Positions 54,761 through 64,000 of a DNA stretch of 64,000 nt are shown here, one piece after another. The position numbers and the translations under genes were made by a program. Under the pieces are notes generated by a model. The model made no database searches. It was not told the DNA's origin and worked only from the letters and a program-made list of their open reading frames with translations. Each line of letters begins with the position of its first letter. Position 1 is the stretch's first letter. Origin of the DNA: Trichoplax sp. H2. Its lineage: Eukaryota. The stretch spans positions 1 to 64,000 of the forward strand of contig NOWV01000127.1 in NCBI GenBank assembly GCA_003344405.1, read 5' to 3'.

Positions 54761-57366
54761 TCCCAAATAGCAACTTGTGTGTCAGTACTTCAGTACTTTC
54801 TATGCACTATACACTGTACAGAGAATGGCTGCGTACTGTAGAATTTGCCCTTTAGCACCTGTTGTGGATTTTGCATGGAGTTTCTTTACAGTACATTGTA
54901 CTGGGTCCTCCAGGCAGGTACTGTACTCTCGGACAAGAAATTGCCTGAGGGGATTTTCTGAAAGGAGATCAGAATGAACAAGCAAGGGGGAAAAAATGGC
55001 CGCAAAATAACCAGGTTAACACCTAGCGCCCTTCTAACTGCAGGGCTAGCAGACCTAGTTCAAAAATTGGAAGAAATGAAGTGGATCGTAATGATGATGA
55101 TGGGAGTGGAATGCCACGCCAAACGGTAGTCCAGCATCAACAGATACAGTAGGCAGAACCATGACTGAGCATTGCATGCCTTGATTCTTAGCAGATACTG
55201 TATAGTGTATATCCTTGTTAATACATGGATAATCTCAATATCCCACTAAAGTAGAACAACAATCACTTACTGATGTCTTTAGCATGGTCTAGTAGTCAAG
55301 TAGACTCAAGACGCCACTGATAGTCGAAAGTAGTGACTGAGGTAGTAATCACGGAAGGATTCAGCTGTCAGCACTATATAAACAACGGCTGCGAGAAGAC
55401 GATTAATTCGATTATGTCATGGATCATATTCCAATGTTCATTTCTTCTTTTTACTCGCATCTGACAGCGCCTTGGAAGAGCGTCGACGAAAACAGCTTAC
55501 GGTTTGCTATACAGTCGACTATTTTCTGACACATGCTGTTCAAGACGAGTTGAAAGCTCTAGCCAATCGATCCCTAAACTATCAACAATATACGAACAAG
55601 GCGCAATATTGCTAGGATCAATCAGAATGTTTTTCAATCTTCTGACACAGCCTTTTTTTTACTTCAAAGTTGCATTTTAATATGGGGTTCAATGTCCAAC
55701 ATGGACCACTACAAAACAATCAAATCAGACCAAACTATCCTTTTATCCAACATTTTATTGCCATTGATATCAAAATTACACTACATAGAAAATGATACAG
55801 TAATGTTTTGCATACAAGTAGTAAAACCAAGAGTGTGAGCAGTACCTAATTCCATTCTAATTATCAACATCAGGCAAAGGACGACAATTCCAACAGGATA
55901 GCTATTTGCACTTTGTGTCGTCCTTGTGCCAGTTACAATACAAAGAAACAGTATCAATTTATTGTACATTCATGTTGAGGTAACATTCAATAGCTATTCG
56001 TTTATCTCATGGATATGAATGCGCATTGAAACATTCTTTTCCATGAGTACTTGCTATACCGTGTAGAATTAAAATTGGCATGCTTGTAGCCTTTATTAGA
56101 AAGGAGAAAAAATTCCATGTCGTGGACATCCACTATCGTTGTAGCGCACAATCATCAACTATTCTAGCTTCGAGGACAAACAAGACGATCTATTCAATCT
56201 ATCGCCTTTTACGTACTATCTTTGCAATAGAATTGACAATATTCTCCATTGCAAGCCGGCAAGGAGTTGTTACAACAAATTAGAATAGTATAAATAAAAT
56301 GCCAATGTCATTACAAAGTATGATACAGTGTAGGAATAAAAGTACAACTTGGGTAGGCGCTTTACAGCTCATCCATAACATGAATTCAATTGGACAAGCA
56401 CCTTGCTGTCCATCAACATTGCAATGAAAATAGAAAAATGAAACAGGAATTCAACAGTCTAATTGGAAATAGCCTACCATTACAATTGAATAGACTGTAT
56501 ATACAGGACCGACAAGACCGCCAAGTGATGGCGTATTAATACTTTATAACGGTTAATACACATTAATTCCGTTAGAATGCAAATTGAATCTTAGTCAATA
56601 AGACAGTTTTGAAATTAATTATCAGTCGATAGCGGAAAGTATTGATTGAACAAGATCAAGCGTCGTTGTAATACAATACTGTAACAGTTATGGGCAGAAT
56701 TGAATGGGATGATTGTAATTTTGGACTATCAGATAGTCGCTATCATCATCACAGAAAATTGGATGATAGATCATTACGAATAACAATGCAACGTTCCACG
56801 GCGAGTCAACATGAATTCAAATCTCACTGTGATGATGCATGACCATGGTGTAGGCCTAATTTGGCACTAATTTTGGAACACTTTCATTTGCAGCTCCATT
56901 GGTGGTAGTAATATGGACATGATAGATTCATTTCTACCGTACGCGTATCACGAGCTTGAATAAAGTAGTACTATTTCTATTTTATGACAAGAAAAAAGCA
57001 AAAGGACAAATACTGGAAACTTGTTTAGGCTAACATTTAGATCAGAGTATAAAAGAGTTCATCTATATATATTAAATATATCGATTTGTTGACTATATAG
57101 GGTATCATTTTGAAGTTGTCTGTTGATTTACAATTGGATGATTGTTCTTCAAACTGTTGTAAAACATGAATCCAACTAGACATACTTGCATGTGTTGTGT
57201 TGAATGTGATCATCATGTAGAATGACAACGATTGATCACTGGCATTTGCATGTTGACCAACATGGGGTAAAAATCCTACTGGTATCACTAGTGCAGTCCA
57301 TCGATCACTTACTGGTCATGCCTACGTATGGAGTCTACCATCGATTGATTTCATGACAACATTGAA

Positions 57367-57981
57367 TTAAAATCGGGTTTTAGGCTTACTTTGTTCCCAT
57401 TTGGCAATATTGGGCAAGCTTGAGACTTTATGATAAAGATCACGTAGTTTAGGATGACTACACCTTAAATAGCGTTTACATAGATTGATCATACGATAAA
57501 ATGCTAAATCGGCATAAGTTAGTTGGTCACCAAGTAAGAAATCACCACCATCTCGAATATAGAATCGTTCTAAACGATCTAAGAAATCGGGCATAATACA
57601 ATCGCGAAATTCACACTCCAAGCGTGTTTTCTTTTCTTCATTGCGCTCAAAGAAAGCAATCCGGTAAAATTTTTCAAGAATATCATTGCAAAAGGCGTCG
57701 GCTAACATATCCGCTTTGGCTTGCTCTAAACTATCTTTACCGGCTAATCCAGCCATTCTAGCGACATAGCGTACAATGGCAGAACTTTGGGCAATTTGGA
57801 CACCATCGACTTCCAGTATGGGTACTTGGCCGAATAAGAAATCATTTTGTTCTTTGATGCGTGGCCAATCTTCTTTCTCAAATCGCACATCTTCAAATTC
57901 AATCTCGCCGTGGGCTAAAATAAGCCTGATTAATTCAGCGCGTAATTCAACATTAAAATAAATCAATCTTATATGTGTCAT
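57367..57981 (-). CDS. Glutathione S-transferase, sigma-class / hematopoietic prostaglandin D synthase-like, intronless, 204 aa
   Basis: From ATG at 57981: MTHIRLIYFN (catalytic Tyr), RAELIRLILA, FEDVRF, FGQVPILEVDG, IAQSSAIVRY, GLAGK, FLLGDQLTYADL. The ORF track's upstream TTG extension is unlikely to be coding. Confidence 0.93.
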   Translation of the reverse strand: MTHIRLIYFNVELRAELIRLILAHGEIEFEDVRFEKEDWPRIKEQNDFLFGQVPILEVDGVQIAQSSAIVRYVARMAGLAGKDSLEQAKADMLADAFCNDILEKFYRIAFFERNEEKKTRLECEFRDCIMPDFLDRLERFYIRDGGDFLLGDQLTYADLAFYRMINLCKRYLRCSHPKLRDLYHKVSSLPNIAKWEQSKPKTRF

Positions 57982-58724
57982 TTTATGCTTGGATTCGGTG
58001 TTGATCAACGTTGATGTTGCTGCACATAGACTTGTAGCAATGATAAAATGTTGAAAAAAAAGCAATCTACCATCAACAATACGCCCAACAGCGTTGACTT
58101 TGGACAGTAATAGTGTAGGACTGGGTTGGATTTCCTGAATCGCACACGACCAGTACTACGACTACTACTACTATCAATTTTAGATACTAATAATGACTAG
58201 AGCTATTGTCGATAATGACTCTGATGATGGATCGGTTTTGCCTTTCCTTCCCTTGAAGAATGATATCCAATTGGATTCTACTCTCGTCAATATTGCTTGT
58301 GTAGGCAAGACTAGGATCGTTGTGTGGAAAATTCTTTCTTGGCAGTGGCGATGAAACACTAGCGTATGCTATTGGTTTGACTATGCGATTGATGATGACT
58401 TGCTTGGCAACAAGGCGAAAAAAAAAATGGGCACAATTCCACCCAAGATCAAGTTCAGTGTCAATGATAGACAAGTGAGCTAAAAGAAAGACAAGTTGAA
58501 CCTTGGTAATTTTGCTGTCAATCGGTTGGATTTTACACCAGTTAACTGACTACAAGAGAAAGATTGGAATGGCACCGAGCGTAATTGCTGACTAATATCC
58601 GCCTCGCCATTTTCTACCTGGTGTAGACGATGAACGTTCGTTAGTACTGATGACGTTAGGCGATGGGTTGGCCCAATATATAAGGTATTGTATGATTTTG
58701 GATGGGGCCACTTTTCACCCCGAT

Positions 58725-59490
58725 AGTACAGTACATTGTACTCAAGGCAAGGCAAGTCATCCCGTCCACTTGGGTTCAGTATAATAGGATCAGAGGCAGG
58801 TTGTTTGTATACTCAGTATGGACTGGATGGTACTGTATGGGACGGTACGGTGGAGCGACGAAAGCAACAGAATCGCCTTAAAACAATGCGACTGGATAGG
58901 ACGTACTGTAGACTGTACACTGTAGAGTACAGTACATTGTACCCAGCTCAAAGCAAGTCATTCTGTAGGCTTTGGTTCAGTACTGTTGGTTTGAGGCAGC
59001 TTGCTTGTACTGTATACTCAGTATGGACAGGATGGTACTGTATGGGACGGTACGATGGAGTGACGAAGGCAACAGAATACTGTAGCATTAAAACAATGCG
59101 ACTGGACAGGACGTACAGTACAGTACTGTAGACTGTACACTGTAGAGTACAGTACATTGTACCCAGCTCAAAGCAAGTCATTCTGTAGGCTTTGGTTCAG
59201 TGCTGTTTGGTATGAGGCAGCTTGCTTGTATACTCAGTATAGACTGGATGGTACTGTATGGGACGGTATATTGGAGCGACGAAGGCAAAAGAAAAGCGTT
59301 CAAACAATGCGGACTGGACAGGCCGTACTGTAGACTGTACACTGTGGAGTACAGTACATTGTACCCAGCTCAATGCAAGTCATCCTGTAGGCATTGGTCC
59401 AGTACTGTTGGGTATGAGGCAGCTTACTTCTATTCTCTGTATGGACTGGATGGTACTGTATGGGATGGTAGCGTAGAGCGACGAAGGCAT
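58725..59490. repeat. Minisatellite, ~3.7 copies of ~200-220 bp, CAGTA/CTGTA-rich
   Basis: AGTACAGTACATTGTAC anchors at ~58725, 58926, 59146 and 59348. Confidence 0.93.
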
Positions 59491-59499
59491 CAAAACAAC

Positions 59500-60045
59500 A
59501 CTACAGTACAGTACACTGATCCTGGTGGTTACAGTGTACAATACCTACTGTACAGTACGGACTGTAAGTCTGGTATTGTACGAAGTGCTGCGTAATGCTT
59601 ATGCAGGGAGTCCCGGAACGGATCATTTTTGCAACGTCATTCAACGTCATGATTACAGCACAAACAGTCGATAGCACTCATTCACTCGACCAGGTGTTTC
59701 ACGGTGGCACACTTCAGTCTCGCACTGGACGTCGTTGCGTCTGTCCTGTCCAGTACGAGATTTTCGACAGTAACATCAATCCATGGATGAATGAATGACA
59801 TGCCATAACGTCATTCTACCCATTGATAGCCAGTACAGTACTGTACTGTCCGTTAGAAGTACAGTCTTGCGTCTTCTATGTACCTACAGTACTGTCCTTG
59901 ACACAACTCTCATCAAGCTCATCCGGACCGAGACGGGACATACAGTACAGTACTATACAGTGTACAGTGTACAGTACTGTACTGTATCCTTCTGACTACT
60001 GTAGAAAACCCTTTCCTCTTACAGTATACTGTACAGTACTGTTCA
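59500..60045. repeat. (CAGTA/CTGTA)n-rich low-complexity tract
   Basis: For example TACAGTACAGTACTATACAGTGTACAGTGTACAGTACTGTACTGTA at 59941-59986. Confidence 0.8.
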
Positions 60046-60409
60046 GCGTGTTTAACTTCGTTTTAGAATTTCGAGGTAAAAAATCGACTTCCTTTATTGC
60101 AATTAAAATGACTTAATATCATATGTACTGGTAGATGAAGGTTCAGTAAATATTACTATATTGTATAATAATAAATCAATAAAATCAAGGGAAAATGAAC
60201 GATATGCCCCTATATTTTAAAATCAATCAATCCAAAATCAAAACAGTCCCTGCCAATCATATTTCCTACTGTACTCGTACACTACAATAAATTCATCCAT
60301 TCAATGCTCGACTACGGTAGGATGGTGTTTCATTTAGACTGGATCGGAAGAGTGAACGGTTGACCAGTCCACCTCAATAAACCAGCAAAATAGTCAGCAT
60401 CTCCATCGA

Positions 60410-61008
60410 TGACAATCACTGGCCTCTCTTTCATCCAAATGCCCAAGGAGTCAGCATGCTGTCCAGTGTAATAAGGCAACCCAATAACGCTTCTACACTA
60501 CCAGTATAGCATGTACAGCATTTCCTTCCACGGCTGCCGCTCATCTACATGTTTTCAACTCTTCCACCAATAGTATCCGATCATGCTTCCACTGTTGAAG
60601 GACCTTTCGCTGCCATTGCAGTCATGACAACCACTGGCCTCTCTTTCATCCAGTGTTTAACGCTTCTACACTTACACTACTAGTATAGCATGTACAGCAT
60701 TTCCTTCCACAGCTGCTGCTCATCTACATGTTTTCAACTCTTCCACCAATAGTATCCGATCATGCTTCCACTGTTGATGGACCTTTCGCTGCCATTGCAG
60801 CCATGACACCCACCATCCTTCGATGACAACCACCGGCCTCTCTTTCATCCAGTGTTTAACGCTTCTACACTACCAGTATAGCATGTACAGCGTTTCCTTC
60901 CACAGCTGCCGCTCATCTACATGTTTTCTTCTCTTCCACCAATAGTATCCGATCATGCTTCCACTGTTGATGGACCTTTCGCTGCCATTGCAGCCATGAC
61001 ACCCACCT
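60410..61008. repeat. Minisatellite, 3 copies of ~200-215 bp
   Basis: GACAA(T/C)CAC(T/C)GGCCTCTCTTTCATCCA...GGACCTTTCGCTGCCATTGCAG starts at ~60411, 60626 and 60825. Confidence 0.93.
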
Positions 61009-62136
61009 CAACTTTTGTTCTACTCGACTACGTCAACTGAAGCGTGATCTGGTCTGACAATACTGACAGTCAGCTGGGGATGTGACTAGACCTGAGATTG
61101 GTCCGGTTCGGACCGGTTCCATTTCGGTTCAATAGGGGGAATTATTGAGTACCAAGTGTACCCAGTACAGTCCCGCTGCCAGACCGGTAAGGGCGTGGCG
61201 AGCTCCAGGTCGGGTAACCTTAGCAACAACACTCACTTCTGCCGCATTCATGGATGCAAGGTATCGATCACCATCGCAAGCATCCAGTTCTAAGCATAGG
61301 CATTACTTTCCAACGAGAATGAACCAGTCATTTAGTGTAAAATGATTGAAACTTACTACTATGATGTGTGATTGTATATGAGATCGGTAGACGTTATCCC
61401 TTTGACTGATATAAGCAAGTTGTCAAGCCTTTCAGATACGATACGGTAGCCCAAGTTGATTAATTATTCGATGGACGATCAGTATCAAGCAGTTTGTTCA
61501 TATGATGACCGTAAGTGATTATCGTTCAACATCAACGCCAAACGATATTGCCTAGGGCTATTTTTACAAGCCATGGATAATGACAGTGGATTACACAACT
61601 ATCCTAGTCTACACTTCTCTACGGTATAGAATAAACGCATACAGTATTAAAGACGACGTTATTTCTATACTACTCCACAACTTACTCGACGTCCATTCTC
61701 AAATCCTACCCTTTGCTGATTTTCCATAACTGCTTACCTTTAAAAGACTGAGTAGAGAGTGTCAATAGGCGCAATTTGGCCAGAATTAATTTCTCCTCCA
61801 ATAAAATAAAATAGTCCATTATTGCAATAGACGCTCTCCAACGCGTACAAGAAGATCATTATCACTAGGCATCATCATTGCGCCAACTTGTTTATCCAAT
61901 CATTGCATTAGCTGGACACAAGGCTAAGCCTCGTCAATTTGACAACAAAATAATCATAACCATTCAATCCACCTTTGCTAGAATGACTGTTGACTAGCAC
62001 ACAGTGATGTCATAAAATAGCGATACAATCCATAATAAGTGTATTGACCAACTTAGCAATTCATCCCATTAAAAAGTCCATCGTAAACAAGTCAATGGAC
62101 ATACTAGTATACGCGTAATTTTCCCATAGCATATAC

Positions 62137-63609
62137 ATGCAAATTGATTTTCAGCAAAAACAACTATTCCTATCCACTCAAAAGATGAATGGTGACGATG
62201 ACACTACAGTCGATCTGCAATCATCCACTAAACTTGGTTATCAACAGCAGCAAGAATGGGATAAATTATTCATCTTAAAACATTCTATTGCAGCTAAAGA
62301 AGAAAAACTTCGTCTATTAACCGATGAGCTAGCAAGATCCAATCGCCAACGAGATGCTTGGAAATCCAAAGTCGAGCAAATTACAGACGAGAAAGTTCAA
62401 TTGCATGGTGAAATGATCCAATTTTCTACTTATCAACATAAAATACTATCACCTATTGCTGACTTGATTCAACAAATAGAAACTGCATTGTATTTAACCA
62501 ATGAACCTGCTGCAACATCGGATAACCATCAAGACAATATTTACGCTCTACCCCGCCGATTAGAAACTTGCTATCATGCTTTAAAAGTGCGACTTTATCA
62601 ACCAATGCATGACATCAATCAAACAAATCAGACATACATAGGAGATTATCGCTATAACACAAATAGTCATCATGACTATACTGTATCCGCTGCTGCAATT
62701 AGTCAGAAAAAGACCTTAATGCATAAAGCGGTACAAACAATTCAGGAGCAAAATACAAGTGCCAATCCATTTCTTACAAGACCAAATATGAAACAGACTC
62801 TCGTGACTAAAGCAACCACCGATAGATATGATAGCCCCAATGACATTCGAGATAGCGATAGGATAACACAGACAACAGCACACAATCACAATTTAATTGA
62901 AAATGATCCAAATACAATCAATCAAACCAATACCAAAGCAGATAATATTACTTTAAATGCTCATTACTCTGCTATATCTAGTCACAGCTCCAGTAATATT
63001 CAGGATATAAAAATGAATAACATGGACGAATTGAAAAAGCAATTGCAAGAAAAAATAGAACAAATCAATTACCTAGAGCAACATAGCCATCAACAAGACC
63101 AAAAATTAAACACTTGCAAAGTATTACAAGGTACGATGGGTGTTGAAATAGCAAAATATACCACAGATATTGCTAAATTACAACGGCAAGTTCAAGATCT
63201 TCAATCTCAATTAACCGTTAAAACGAATAAGATTACTTCGCTGCAACAACAGCAACAACTACTAGAGGAATGTCGTCAAGAAATACAAACATTACTAGCA
63301 GAAAGAAATAATTTATTCAAGATGATCGGTAAATTACAAGATTCCCTTGGAATAAATCCATTACATCATTTTGATCATGCTACGATAACTCAACAGTATA
63401 AATCTTGGGCTACTCAGCCTTTACAAACTGGTCAAAAGTATCAGAAAAATAAAACAATCATTGATAATAGTATAAAAACAAGTGGTCATCAACCACACCA
63501 AAATCAACAAGCCAAGCAAACATCTGATTTAAGTGTCGTTATGGAACGATTTAAAGGTTCTTACTATCTTTATTACAACATGATTGAAACTTGTACTATA
63601 TTTTGTTGA
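62137..63609 (+). CDS. Uncharacterised coiled-coil protein (long ORF or large exon; true ends uncertain)
   Basis: 490-codon ORF in AT-rich DNA with two heptad-rich Q/E/K/L segments (KEEKLRLLTDELARSNRQRDAWKSKVEQI; DELKKQLQEKIEQINYLEQ...LQRQVQDLQSQL) separated by a T/N/D-rich linker. Confidence 0.7.
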   Translation: MQIDFQQKQLFLSTQKMNGDDDTTVDLQSSTKLGYQQQQEWDKLFILKHSIAAKEEKLRLLTDELARSNRQRDAWKSKVEQITDEKVQLHGEMIQFSTYQHKILSPIADLIQQIETALYLTNEPAATSDNHQDNIYALPRRLETCYHALKVRLYQPMHDINQTNQTYIGDYRYNTNSHHDYTVSAAAISQKKTLMHKAVQTIQEQNTSANPFLTRPNMKQTLVTKATTDRYDSPNDIRDSDRITQTTAHNHNLIENDPNTINQTNTKADNITLNAHYSAISSHSSSNIQDIKMNNMDELKKQLQEKIEQINYLEQHSHQQDQKLNTCKVLQGTMGVEIAKYTTDIAKLQRQVQDLQSQLTVKTNKITSLQQQQQLLEECRQEIQTLLAERNNLFKMIGKLQDSLGINPLHHFDHATITQQYKSWATQPLQTGQKYQKNKTIIDNSIKTSGHQPHQNQQAKQTSDLSVVMERFKGSYYLYYNMIETCTIFC

Positions 63610-64000
63610 TAGTACTTGTTTAGAAGTGAGATACTTCACTGTACTTCGAACTTATCTACCGCTACACTCTAACAAACAAGGAACTTGCCACTATGATAAA
63701 GTAAATCCATTTCAATTTCTTTTATTAGCGTATCAGAAAGACTTGGATGTAGCTCATCGAGATTTGATATCCAAAGGACAAACGCATAATGATAGTAAGA
63801 GACGGACATTTGCAATGAAATGAAATTTTCAGTTCACACCTTCACACTATTTTAGCTAAAAAATAGTTCAATAGCTAAATCAGGCGAAATAGACTATCCT
63901 GTAGATTCGTTTTTAATCATACTTGTCGACGCCTGTAGCATCGCAGGTTTTTATGTTAAAAATTTTTCTCCGTCTTAGTATGCAAAGCAGCCTTCAAAAT

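Noticed and set aside
54990-55005. YY1-like motif AAAATGGCCGC
   Set aside because: It is a single short match with no identifiable downstream gene.
57982-58065. Apparent signal peptide on the GST (MLFFQHFIIATSLCAA)
   Set aside because: It begins at TTG rather than ATG, and the canonical GST N-terminus starts at ATG 57981.
58736-60116. ORFs rich in YSTV/TVLY/CTV
   Set aside because: They are translations of the CAGTA/CTGTA-rich repeats. The ORFs at 1110-1800 have the same cause.
63584-63823. EVRYFTVLRTYLP looks faintly like an SH3 start (RIM-BP-like) after the coiled coil
   Set aside because: The rest of the SH3 motif is absent, and I found no phase-compatible splice donor from the upstream ORF.

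Overview
AT-rich, intron-dense eukaryotic DNA with GT-AG introns. The gene content is animal, and a placozoan (Trichoplax-like) source is my inference, not proven. Hand-spliced content, in order: (1) a 13-exon MFS sugar-porter gene (2424-10875, +, ~533 aa) with plant STP/fungal HXT-like signatures and two minisatellites in intron 1. (2) A ~46-exon giant adhesion GPCR (20933-45634, +, ~3250 aa): signal peptide - IgGFc-binding (FCGBP N-terminal) domain - 7 Ig - 14 FN3 - Ig - HormR - GAIN/GPS - divergent 7TM - Tyr-motif tail. Ten of its FN3 domains are tandem 297-nt symmetric exons. (3) Two decayed COR-to-death-domain (Roco-like) modules (46150-51864). (4) An intronless sigma-class GST (57367-57981, -). 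(5) A coiled-coil ORF (62137-63609, +), plus several tandem repeats. There is also a pervasive TACAGTA/TACTGTA signal. Paralogous copies in the window differ by 5-bp CAGTA/CTGTA insertions at TA dinucleotides, which matches the Tc1/mariner (Sleeping Beauty-type) excision footprint. One such insertion frameshifts a COR copy. Exon models were read by eye without RNA evidence.
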